NCBI RefSeq assembly: GCF_006345805.1
Contig: NC_042998.1
Location: 54,498,001-54,562,000, forward strand
DNA: 64,000 bases
Origin: Octopus sinensis
Lineage: Eukaryota
Direction: 5' to 3'
Position numbers and translations under genes: made by a program. This document shows positions 1 through 11,545 of this stretch, one piece after another (position 1 is the stretch's first letter; each line of letters opens with the position of its first letter). The notes beneath the pieces are model-generated. The model was not told the DNA's origin and did no database searches. It saw only the letters and a list, made by a program, of their open reading frames with translations.

Positions 1-1945
1 GTAATAGAAAATATAAAATCAAACCCTAAAGCTTTCTTTAAGTTTGCCAAAGAGACAGCCACAGTGCACCAGAGAATAGGACCTCTCTTCCAAAAAGATG
101 GCTCTCTCACAGGAAATCCCACAAGGATAAGTGAAATACTGAACGAACAGTTCCAAAGTGTGTTCACTACACCTCTAGGACACAGGCAAGTAAACAACCC
201 AGAAGAATTCTTTGCCACTTTACCAGCGGCCAAAGGGACAAAAATTGAGTACATCAACATCGAAGAAGATGATATCACACTAGCCATTGATGAGATTGAC
301 ACAAACTCAGCTGCTGGACCTGATGGATTCCCAGCGATCCTTCTCAAATCGTGCAAACAAGCCCTTGCAAAACCGCTTCAGCTTCTTTTTCAGAGCTTTC
401 TTGCAAGTGGTAAGCTCCCAGTCAAACTGAAAGAGGGGGTAATATGCCCTATCCATAAGGGAAGTAGCAGAGCAGATGCTAAAAATTATAGGCCTATCTC
501 TCTGACCTCACACATCAGCAAAGTCATGGAACGAATAGTCCGTAAGAAACTAATCATGTTCCTTGAAGAAAATGACTTACTGTCTGACACCCAGCATGGA
601 TTTCGACCAGGTAGAGGCTGACTAACACAGCTCCTGCAACACTATGACTGGGTGTTGAAACAGCTACTAAATGGCTCAAATGTGGATGTAATATATCTTG
701 ACTTTGCAAAAGCCTTTGATAAAGTCGACCATGGTATGATCTGTCACAAACTGCGTGGTCTCGGCATAGGCGGGAAACTTGGAGAGTGGCTGCACAACTT
801 CCTAAAAGACAGAAAACAGGCAGTTGTGAGCAATGGAGCCACCTCCAGGGAAACGCAAACAAGCGGTGTCCCACAGGGCACTGTCTTGGGGCCACTGATG
901 TTCATAGTGGCCCTTTCAGACATGCCTTCAGTTGCTACGATGACCACCCTTGCTAGCTATGCAGATGACACAAAAGTCTCCCACGCAATACAAAACCCTG
1001 AAAATATTGCGCATCTGCAACATGAGCTGGACACAATATACAGGTGGGCTGAGGACAACAACATGCAGTTTAATGCAGGTAAGTTCCAGGCCCTGCGCTA
1101 CTGGCACACAAAGGTAAATGACGTGAAGACTGGATACACTGGCCCAGGAAGAATTGCAATCCCTGAGTCAAAATCAGTGCGTGACCTGGGCATTGACATG
1201 AGCAATGATGCATCTTTCCAAATGCATATTGCTAATCTGGTGATAAAATGCAGACGGCTAGCTGGATGGATTCTCCGAACTTTCAGAACAAGAGAGAAGG
1301 AGACACTGATGGTCCTATGGAAAACATTTGTCCTCAGCCGCTTGGACTACTGCTCCCAACTTTGGTCACCACACAATATAAAACAAACAGCAGAACTCGA
1401 AGCAACTCAGAGAAGCTACACAAAGAAAATCGTCTCAATGCAAAATGTCAGCTACTGGGAAAGACTGAAGGTATTAAACCTCTTCTCCCTGGAGCGGAGG
1501 CGGGAGAGATATGCAGTGATATACATCTGGAAAATCCTGGAGGGTCTTGTCCCAAACTTTGGCATTCAAAGTTACTCCAACCGCAGAACGGGGCGCCGCT
1601 GCGTGGTGCCAAGGATTCCAACATCACCATCAAAATACAGGTCCAGATACTGCAACAGCTTGGGTTTCAGAGGACCACAGCTCTTAACATCCTCCCTAAA
1701 TGCCTGAGAGACTTACATGGTGTGGATGTGGGTTTCTTTAAAACTAAACTGGATCTCTTCTTGTTGGGAGTCCCAGATGAACCTACCTCACGACAGAGAC
1801 ACGGATGCGGGCAGCAGCATCGAACTCCCTTGTTGATCAAGTGCCACGTATCAGAGGTGGATTCACAAACTAGTGTAGCTCATTCAGCGGTGGTGCCCCA
1901 GCATGGCCGCAGCCTTCGGGCTAAAACATTTTTAAGGATTTAAGG

Positions 1946-1946
<1 letters not shown>
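1..1946 (+). mobile_element. CR1/L2-group non-LTR retrotransposon (LINE), 3' part of ORF2 reverse transcriptase plus 3' tail; inactivated
   Basis: Frame 1 reads ...NPKAFFKF...SAAGPDG...KNYRPISLTS...QHGFRPGRG*LTQLL...YLDFAKAFDKVDH...GVPQGTVLGP...YADD...SRLDYCSQLWSP. In-frame TGA at 619-621, 1-bp frameshift near 1684 (C-terminus continues as NILPKCLRDLHGVDVGFFKTKLDLFL), tail of (TTTAAGGA)x2 at 1931-1946 running into (TA)n. The element continues upstream of the window. Confidence 0.93.
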
Positions 1947-1987
<41 letters not shown>

Positions 1988-2002
1988 TACATATATATAT
2001 AT

Positions 2003-2083
2003 TATTAAAGCTGCAAAAATATCACAAAAACTGCCACTCAGACTTTTTTGTGATATTTTTGTGATGTTTTTGCAGCTTTAATA
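2003..2083. repeat. Short inverted repeat (28-bp arms) next to (TA)n
   Basis: TATTAAAGCTGCAAAAATATCACAAAAA (2003-2030) versus TTTTTGTGATGTTTTTGCAGCTTTAATA (2056-2083), one mismatch. Confidence 0.8.
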
Positions 2084-3169
2084 TTAAAGCATATTACTCT
2101 ATATCCAGTATTCAAATACTATTTTTTCCCACCTTGTTTCACATTTATGTGCTTACTTTGGTGTGTGTGTACACACACACGTTCTTTTAACTGTTATCTG
2201 CATCATTATTCAGTCCATGTCTTCGTGTCCTCTCCAATATTTTGTTCTCTTCTAAGAAAAAGTATTCGGATTTTATTTAGGGAGGTGAGGAAGTATAACA
2301 CTGATGGAAAATTTACAAAACCTGACTAGGATACAAATCAAGATATATTGTACAAATTTTTCTTGTTTTCATTTTTCTATCATCTCCAATTATGTATTCT
2401 TGGAGTGAAATAATACTTATTTCACAGTTAGACAAGCTAAAGCAGATAAATTATCTTGGTCTAAGACTATATGTTTTCTTAAATCAAGGTGTTTCACTTG
2501 AGTTATTTGGAATAATTTGTTACATTATTTAACCTCATCCCTCAAAACATCAGAATACAAAACAGGGTCAGAAGTACTTGATTTCAATAACTAAATTCTT
2601 TTTTATTATTTAATTCTTTTGTATTCATAGTTGCATACAGAAGTTCCAATCAGTTAAAGTGGATGGAACTTGTGGAGAGGGAGACCCAGGAAGACACAGG
2701 ACAAAGTATTGAAGGCCGATCTCAAAACACTGAGCCCTTAAGAAGTCGGTGACTAAGGGCCAAAATACCTGGTGTACTCAAGAAGACTCGTCCACCACAA
2801 CAGAATTGATACCAGTGTTGGTGCCACATAAAAAGCATCTATGCTGGTGTCACATTAAAAATACTGGTGCTGGTGCCACATAAAAAAACATCCAGTACAC
2901 TCTGTGGAGGGGTTGACATTATGAAAGGTAACCAGCCATAGAGACGATCCAACCCATGCCAGCATGGAAAACAGACATTAAATGATGATGATGAAGAGGA
3001 CGATGATGATAATGATAATAATGATGATGATGGTGGTGGTTGTCTCTGTTGTTTCTGATAAGAATATACTGCCTTTCTATTATATATCTAAAAATACTCA
3101 AGAATGGTGAGGTGATTAGGAAAATAGCTAACTTCCATCTATCTATCTATCCATCCACCCATCATATCT

Positions 3170-3480
3170 TCCCACTTAGCTCTGTGAGGGTTAAGAGGGC
3201 AGAGTCCTGAAATACAATCTCAAGAGGGTCCTATCAGAAGCAACCAAAAGCAATGATCTGGCTGGATCCTAAATGACGCTCTGGATATTAACCAACTATC
3301 TCACTCGAGGTCTATCTTAGGCCTCCTACTGGTTGGCCATGCCTAGAAAACCTATCCTGCAATTGTTTCCTTAGCCATTATAACCACATTACTCAAGTGA
3401 TCTTTTGAAAGAGCCCCATTCAATCCACTTGTATTCATGAGAGTACTCTTTCAGTGAGAATCCAAGATTCATAACTCAAT
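3170..3480 (-). mobile_element. Degraded RTE-clade LINE C-terminal fragment
   Basis: Minus strand reads LSYESWILTERVLS*IQVD*MGLFQKIT and later GGLR/RPKID-like residues, resembling the RTE post-RT region (YGSESW...GRP). Confidence 0.55.
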
Positions 3481-3499
3481 AGAAAAGTGAGCCTTTTAA

Positions 3500-4582
3500 C
3501 CCTTTCGTTACCAAACCGCCCAAAGCCGCCCGAAAAAAATTTTGGTTTATGAAACCAAACCGCCCAAAGCCGCCCGAATTTACCTATTCATATTTAAATG
3601 AGAATATCAGAGCAAATCTCTTCAGTACATTCGTGAAAACACGTATTATACTTCGTAAACAGTTCAACTACAGTTTTGTACAATAATCGAAGTGTAATTT
3701 TAATTCCGTGAATTTTGGGAGATTTTTTTTCCGAAATTTGTTCCTATTGTGTTTTCAAAATTTGTAATTCTGACAAAAAATGGATACGAATTTCATTATA
3801 TCAAGCAGCGAGTCAGAATTCGAAGGATTTTCTACTGAAGACCTTCATAAATCTAACTCTATGACTGAAAAAAAAAAGCACATGGTATTTGATAATGAAT
3901 TTGATGTTTCATTTTCCGAAAGTGAAAACAGTGAATCTGAGATCTCCGATAGCGATAAAGAAAACGAATTGGCACCTGAATGGAGTGAAAATTTAAAAAC
4001 TGTTTCTTTCGGTGATTTTTCTGAAGAATCTGGACCAAGCCACAGACTTTCCCAGAAGGGTAAAGCCTTAGGCTATTTCTATTTACTTTTTCGAATGAGC
4101 CTATTTGAAATCATTACAGCGAAAACGAACCGTTACGCTAAACGTAAACAAAACGAAAGAAAGGATAGTTTGTTATTTCCCACAACCTTAAATGAAATTA
4201 AGGCCTATTTTGCCATAAATATTATTATGGGTATCAGAAAGTTACCCAGAATAACAAATTCTATCGTAAAATTTTGTTGTATACCCAATTGAATATTAGC
4301 TAATATTTTCTATAGCGATGTTTGAACAAAATTTTAATAATTTTATATTTTGTGGAATTTACCTGTATCTACCTGCAAATAGAGTCACTTTGTGACAAAA
4401 ATTATAGTATAGAATTGGTTGAGAATATTTCATTAAATTATCTTCCAAAAATCAGATTAATATATCGATAAATAAAAAAGTTATAGTTGTTTAATGAAAC
4501 CAGACTAAATTTATGATTATGTTAGAAATTAATTGAAACACATAAGGGGTGTAATTTGGTCAGAAATATAGTAACGAAAGGG
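3500..4582 (+). mobile_element. Internally deleted piggyBac DNA transposon
   Basis: Perfect 12-bp TIRs CCCTTTCGTTAC (3500-3511) and GTAACGAAAGGG (4571-4582), flanked by TTAA target duplications (3496-3499, 4583-4586); contains a transposase N-terminus. Confidence 0.9.
3780..4292 (+). pseudogene. piggyBac (PGBD4-like) transposase, N-terminal fragment only, DDD core missing
   Basis: Acidic Ser-rich N-terminus, then FSEESGP...YFYLLF...TNRYA...PTTLNEIKAYFAINIIMGIRKLPRI, typical of piggyBac transposases; the frame ends at the deletion point. Confidence 0.8.
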
Positions 4583-5124
4583 TTAAATGCAAAAACAAGA
4601 GACAACTGTTTGTCTATCAAAATCTTATATTTGATATAATTATGAGATTTCACTTCCATATTTGTATTTTCAGTTGAACTTTATAAGAGAGGCAGCCTTG
4701 TATGAGCCATGGTTATGAAAGGCTCAACCCATCAGCATTTAAAACAGCTATATCCAGCCAAAATATTCTACCTATTTAATGTCCAAACCAGCCACATCTA
4801 GCCTCCCACATCTGCTTTACAATGTCATTCGCAAAACAATAAAAACAATCACATCATCAAAATCTCAAACTTACAAGATAACATATGACTAAATTCAAAA
4901 CATTCATTACATTTTGCAGAATAATCTAAATGCTTAAAGGTCAACCGTGGCCTAAATATTCTATCTGTTTTATGTTCAAACCAACTAGATCTGACCTCTT
5001 ATACCTCCCTTACAATGTCATTCTAAAAATAAACAATCATGTCATCAAAATCTCAAAGCTACAAGATAATGTAAGATTAATTTTAAAAATAATGAGAATA
5101 AATAAGCATTATATTTAACAGTCA

Positions 5125-5660
5125 ATGCAGTGAATTGTTGATAATGAAGCACCATCTTTGATGGTCAGGACATGTAGTAAGAATGGAAGAGTCAAGGTTC
5201 TCACACCAAATCTTATTCAGCGAGCTCACTACAAGGAAACAACCATGAGATTGCCCTTTTCGAAGATACAAGGACCAACTTAAAGTAACATAGAAACCCA
5301 CTGGAATTGAGCTTAACCCTTTTGTTACCATATTTCTGTTGAGATGGTTTATGTTTCTTTCAATAAATTTTAAATATAACAAAGAATTTAATAAAATAAC
5401 GTAGTTATCATTAAGCTAGTGTTAGGAACATAAATTGTGACTAAGGTTTAATGGAAGATTTTAATTCAGAACTTTTGAAAACATGACATTTGTACTAGAG
5501 CCAGAAGCAGTTTCAGGTAGGGGTATCAAAAGGGTTAAATCATTTAAAAAACAAGCCTTAGATCATACCAAGTAGCAGTGTTCTATCACCATCGGAATCA
5601 AAATCTTCGAAGCCACCAGAAGAGAAAAGGAAGAAATGAAATGATAGGAGAGAAATGCTC
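5125..5660 (+). mobile_element. RTE-clade LINE 3' fragment interrupted by a TTAA MITE
   Basis: HL*WSGHVVRMEESRFSHQILFSEL...RRYKDQLK, then after the MITE ...ITIGIKIFEATRREKEEMK. Confidence 0.7.
5317..5534. mobile_element. ~220-bp piggyBac-type MITE (family P1)
   Basis: TTAA|CCCTTTTGTTACC...GGTATCAAAAGGG|TTAA; homologous copies at 7314-7535 and 36964-37185. Confidence 0.85.
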
Positions 5661-6359
5661 AACAAAATCAACCTCCTCCTCTACCAACATTGTCATGCAG
5701 TTAATGGCATCGACTCTTCTATGCAAAAATTAGTCCACAGAGTCATCAACACCATCACCATAAAGGAAGCAATCAGCAAAGAGGAAACTAAATTCTCAGA
5801 TATGAGATTAAAGCCACCACAGACGATATTTAACAGAGTAATCTGAATGCTAAAGGCTTAATCTTCCCAAAATTTGTTTAGAATAAATGTATACACATAT
5901 CCGTATTAATTACTACATCACTCAAAAGAATCGTTTCTTTTCTATGTTCCTGATCTTTTAATGGCATCTTAATTCCATTTTCTCATGCTGGCATGGATTA
6001 CTTGAACCTGCAATGTGATATATTGCCACTCCACTCATCTTAAATGCCTACCCTCTTACCAGCCCTCACCTGTTTCCAAGCAAGATAATATTTACTGAGA
6101 CAGGACAAGTTATCATGGGAGACTAGAAATGAGGGTCACCGTTTCTAGGACAGTGAACATTTATCCTTTACTTGTTTCAGTCATTAGAGCGCAGCCATGC
6201 TGGGGCACCACATTGAAGAATTTTAGTCAAATGAATCAACCCCAGTACTTATTTGGTTTAAGCCTGGTACTTATTGCATCAGTCTCTTTCCCTGAACTGC
6301 AGAATTACAGGGATGGAAACACACCAACACCAGTTGTCAAGTGGTTGGGGGTGGGAAAA

Positions 6360-6391
<32 letters not shown>

Positions 6392-6521
6392 TATATATAT
6401 ATATATATATACATATATATATAGTTAATCCAAACAAGAAATACACAAAAAAAACACAACAATGCAAGGACGTGGAACAAATATTGTATTATTGGATGCT
6501 CAGGAAAGAAGGAAAGAAGGA

Positions 6522-6558
6522 GGGTTTAACATTTCGAGCCGAGCTCTTCGTCGGAAAC
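6522..6558 (-). ncRNA. Variant minimal type I hammerhead-like motif in a ~200-bp (TA)n-flanked insert (about 6424-6627)
   Basis: Minus strand: GTTT-CCGACGA-A-GAGC tcg GCTC-GAAA-tg-TT-AAAC. Stems I and II pair, but the core has U4C, an extra A and a T.G stem III. Confidence 0.4.
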
Positions 6559-6739
6559 ATAGGAGAAGGAAAGATCCAGAGAAGGGAAGACAGAGGAAAA
6601 AAATCGCCAACGGTACACATGAGGTCATATATATATATATATATATATTGGTGCAGCCTTCGGGCTCCCCAGACCCCAGTTGAACCGTCCAACCCATGCT
6701 AGCATGGAAAACGGACGCTAAATGATGATGATGATGATG

Positions 6740-6772
<33 letters not shown>

Positions 6773-7313
6773 CATACATATATATATATACATATATATA
6801 TATATGTATGTCTGTAATATAAATGTGTGTTTATTTTCGTAAACTTTCCCTTTATATATATATATAAATAAATATGACAGACTTCTTTCAGTTTCTGTCT
6901 ACCAGATCTATTCACAAGGATTTGATCAGCCCGAGGATATAGTAGAACACATTTGCCCAAGATTCTTTGCAGTGGAATTGAAACACAGAACCATGTGGTT
7001 GGGAATCAAACTTCTTACCACACAGCCATGCCTGTGCATGTTTATAACCATAATGTGAGGTCAAGATAAGGAAGCACATACACTCACACATGCACCCACA
7101 TACACAGACATAAATTCAAACACGCACACACAGACAACAGGCTTCTTTCAGTTTCTATCTCGTAAACCACTCACAAGGTCTAGATTAGCCCAAGGTTATA
7201 ACAGGAGACTCTTGCCCAAGGTGCTTTGCAATGGAACTGAACCTAAAAACCATTTAGTTGGAAAGCAAATTTCTGAACAACACAACTATGCCAGCACCAG
7301 TAGAAATGCTTAA

Positions 7314-7535
7314 CCCTGTTGTTACCATATTTCTGTTGAGATGCTCTGTGTTTCTTTCAATTAATTTTAAATAGAACAAAGAATTTAGAAAAATAACTTA
7401 GTTATCATTAAGCTAGTGTTAGTAACATAAATTATGACTAAAGATTGGTGAAAGACTTTAGTTCAGAACTTTTGGAAACAAGACATTTGTATTATAGAGC
7501 CAGAGGCAGTTTCAGGTAGGTTGATATCAAAAGGC
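7314..7535. mobile_element. piggyBac-type MITE (family P1)
   Basis: TTAA flanks, degenerate CCCT..GTTACC TIR, body similar to 5317-5534. Confidence 0.8.
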
Positions 7536-7693
7536 TTAAGCACATAAGGATATTCGGTTTAAACTAAGATATGTCAACAAGTTCCATTTAGAATGTCACC
7601 TTTCTTCATAATTACTGATTTTTAATCATGTTCATACTTAATATATATCTATTTGAAGATATAATAAATTATTTTACAACCATCACACCTTAC

Positions 7694-7732
7694 TGGTAAG
7701 CGTTTCCATGTAAGAAGGTGCTATCTTGGCAT
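7694..7732 (-). CDS. Internal coding exon, probably of the unidentified minus-strand gene (phase 1-1): (D)AKIAPSYMETLT
   Basis: Acceptor tctcttttag|, donor |gtaagg, 39 nt; joins the 8446-8487 exon in frame (G+AT=D). Confidence 0.65.
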
Positions 7733-8445
7733 CTAAAAGAGATCATACATAAGCTAACTTAACTAACAATATATACACATTAATGTGGTTATATAGGAAT
7801 AAAAAAAAATGTATTAAAAAGTTACATTGCTTAGTTTTTTGATAATTCAAGGTTTCAAAATATTTTTGCAGAAATCAATCAAAGTTATTGGAAGTTGAAT
7901 GCAAATGTCACGAACATGATTAATAAAATAGAGAATTTCCTAATTCTACATGTGAGACTAAGTAAAGATTGGTACATACAGCTATATTAAAAGAAAAACA
8001 TAAATATGATTTTTCAGTTAACCTTTAGCACATTAAAATAAAAAGAAAGGAAAAAGAATGAGTGACATGCATGCAAAAACAGATGTGAGTTTGATATTTG
8101 ATTCCTGACAAGAATAAAGTAGACATAAACCATCAACGGATTCAAAAAAAAGGAAGATATACTTAAGATAAATGTACAGGGCAAATGGCAAAGTGTCAAG
8201 GAGAGAGGGAGAGAGTGAGAGATAGATAAATAAGTAGATAGACAAATCAAAGCATAGAGCATTATAGATTAATTTCAGCCAATCTTACCAACCAGATCCA
8301 CATTAGGTATAAAAGGTAACTGAATATTAGATAACAAGGTGGTTAGCTAAATGCGTGTGCTCCTCTGTGATAGCAGATATGGGAAGATATAATGACCCAT
8401 TCTTGCCACCTCTGAAATGCATGTGCATTTAGATAACTGCCTTAC

Positions 8446-8487
8446 CTGTTATCCAATACCCAGCGTGAAATTCATTGGTAAAATCAT
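8446..8487 (-). CDS. Internal coding exon (phase 1-1): DFTNEFHAGYWIT
   Basis: Acceptor ttcatttcag|, donor CAG|gtaagg, 42 nt; the other two frames have stops. Confidence 0.65.
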
Positions 8488-11133
8488 CTGAAATGAATCT
8501 TTAATACTGCATACCTTGATTAATTTACCCACTCAATTGACAAATACACAGGTGCTTATTTTTTATTACTTATGCATTCTTAGAGGGATAGTATTAGGTG
8601 TTAAATGCAAAATACCAAGCTAATGCATTTTGGATTAGTACACCAAAACTGAAAAGGTACACTACAAAATCAATAGCAACATATGAATAAAATTTTTCAA
8701 AAGCATTCACAATTTTTTCAGTGATTTAGCTTTAACACAAAAGGAAAAGAAACAGCATCCACAATGAATTTATTTAAAAAGTATGCTAAAAAATGAATTC
8801 TAAAAAACAGTCTTTATATATTCAATATTACATTATATTACATTATATCATATTATATTATAAAGTTATAACGCATGTATATATTGCCAAGATTTCCAGG
8901 ATCAGAAATATATGCACTATCAAACAGATCAGTGTAGCACCAACCAAATTTTTGCTTAAATTTTCAGATGCAGACCATTATAAATACTACATATAAAATT
9001 TTAAATATGTCATAGAAAATGGTAAATATATTCACTGCAACTTTTTCTTAAGGTTGAATTTAATTCATTTGTTTTACAAAATATATTGAATAATGAGTTT
9101 AATAAACTCGTTAATTCATTTAAAATTGTTTACAAATGTGAAAATCACTATTGTATATGTAATCTGGAAATTAAGTTTTGGAAATAATAGCACTTAGTCT
9201 GAAATCGTAGAAATGCAAGGATAGTTCAATAAAAAAAATGTCTAAATACAAAGGGATGGAACTTCTTCAACCTTCAACATTTCACAATCATATTTCTAAT
9301 GAAATACATTGCCTATATTTAAATTAATTTTGAAAATAATTAGGAATTTGAAAGGCTTCACTAAAATGGTGTATTTAGCTGTTGGTTGAAACACAACAGA
9401 AATGTTCTTGCATAAAATCCTAAGGCCAGAATGATTAGGCTGCTATGGGTAGTAATCAAGAGAGGATACTTAGTTGAAGTATTGTATACATAACAGATAA
9501 ACTGAAGAAAGAGAAAGTCATCAGAGATTAACCGCCTGGCTTAACTATTTAGGATTCAGCAAAGCCTTGTGATTGAATTTAGTAGGCAGAAGTTCCTATT
9601 CTGTGTGTACATGTGTGAAAGTGCTTGTGCCTCCTAACAAAGAAGGGGGAAATTACTCTGTCAAATGTAATACCTATTTACATTGTTTTCAATCAATCAT
9701 GCTTTGTCTCATAGCTTCAAGGTTTCAACAATGTGATTACTTATTATTAGAATGACATTGTAGGGTAGATGTGAGAGACCAGATCTGGCTGGTTTGAACA
9801 TAAAACAGGACAGGTAGAATATATGGGTCAAATATGGTTGCTTAGTGGTTAGTGTGTTGGAGTCACAAATGTAAGATTGTGGTTTCAATTCCTGCACTGG
9901 GTGATGCATTGTGTTCTTGAGCAAAACACCTCACTTCACATTGTTCCAGTCCACTCAGCTGTAGAAATGAGCAACATTAGCGGAGGCACATCACTTAGTG
10001 GTCAGGGTGTTGGACTCATGACCGAAAGATTGTGGTCACGATCCCTGGACCAGGTGATCCGTTGTGTTCTTGAGCAAAAACTTTTCATTTCATGTTGCTC
10101 CAGTTCACTCAGCTGTAGTAATGAGTTTAGCCTGGAGAGGGATGGGCTTTGCCAGGCTTTCTTGACCAAGAGACGCTGCATGGCTGCAGTGCTCCAACGA
10201 CCCCCCAATGGGTTAGGGGGCTTGTCAAGTCACCTTTGCTTTCATACAACGAAAATCGCAAATAAAAAAATACAGCATAAACACTGAAATGATTCAACTG
10301 CTTACAGCCTCCTTCTTAAATAACAAGTATTATATTAAAGTAAAAACAACAATATGAAATATATAAAATCAACTGCATGTGTATAGCGGTGTGTGTGTGC
10401 TGAGATTTTATCACAATACATCAGTACAAGAGAATAATACAGGCTGTGAACCCAAATTCTTGAACTTGGCTTTCAATATTTCATTGATCCTGAGTTTTTT
10501 TATTTTTGCTTTCCTCCACCTTTGCCATCCATCCATGATTGCAGTCGAACATTCTTCATTTCATGCCTAACTTCTCAGCAGGTTCAATAGAAATGTGTGA
10601 ATCTATTAACATTTACTTTGAATTTCACCAAGTTGCTTTATTCAGACACTGTTAAAATGCAACCTTTATTCTACTAAACTCCTGTCGGTCAACTGACTAT
10701 TATGAACAGAGACCATTGATGAAGAAAAGAAAAAGAGAGAGCAACAACAGAACCCAGTAGAATGCGTGTTACATTTGTGGTATTACAACTCTTCAACAAA
10801 TAAACACAAGTATAGGCAAGAAGTGAATAGTTCAAATGCACTGAACAAGCTAACAAGTAAAAACAGCATTTTCTTGGTAAGTCTGTGATTTATAAAGAAA
10901 GAAGTTTAAGTTACTTTTGTAAGGGTTGTTTTATTTTTTGCTTTTGATTTTTGAAAACATTTTGTATTTCAGAAAATCTAAAAATGTGATACGAACATTT
11001 AAAATAAAAAGCAGTAGGCCTTTACAATATAATAAATATAATGTGAGTGGGTGTAATAACCTTATTACAAACCAATTCTTAAATCCTTACACACACGCAC
11101 ACACATTTATAAATATAAAGATAAATATAAAGA

Positions 11134-11186
<53 letters not shown>

Positions 11187-11355
11187 TAGAAGGGCAGGCA
11201 ACAGGTTGGTTTGCCGCATACCGAAAGAATTAGAAATAGCAGTCAGAGACTGTTTATTTCTATTTTCTACAAGTGGGGCTCCACATACGACATAACCCTG
11301 CAATTCACATATGCAAAATAGGAGGAATAAATAACGAAAACAATGCCTTACCGTT

Positions 11356-11418
11356 AACAGCGAACATGTTTCTAGATCAGAAGTAAGAAAATACTTCATG
11401 TCTTTCATCAGCGCCATC
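11356..11418 (-). ncRNA. Type I hammerhead ribozyme motif (weakened stem II base) in a (TA)n-flanked insert (about 11184-11545)
   Basis: Minus strand: GATGGCG-CTGATGA-aAGA..GAAGTA ttttct TACTTC..TCTa-GAAA-CATG-TT-CGCTGTT. Palindromic stem III ACATGT; predicted cut after 11363. Confidence 0.6.
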
Positions 11419-11545
11419 TTCAATAGATTTATCAAATGGCACTTACCTCCACCTTTGACCAGGCGACATCAAAATAGTGGGAGAGAGTGAGCATAGGCTA
11501 AATCTATGTAGACGATTGAATCCGTAAATTTACACAAGGTTACAT

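Noticed and set aside
1248-1943. 231-aa overlapping ORF in the LINE as a separate gene
   Set aside because: It is an alternative frame that only picks up the true ORF2 C-terminus after the frameshift near 1684.
10440-10660. Minus-strand protein-like text (RHEMKNVRLQSWM...) as the missing host exon
   Set aside because: The phase would fit, but both splice sites are poor and neighbouring frames are broken by stops.
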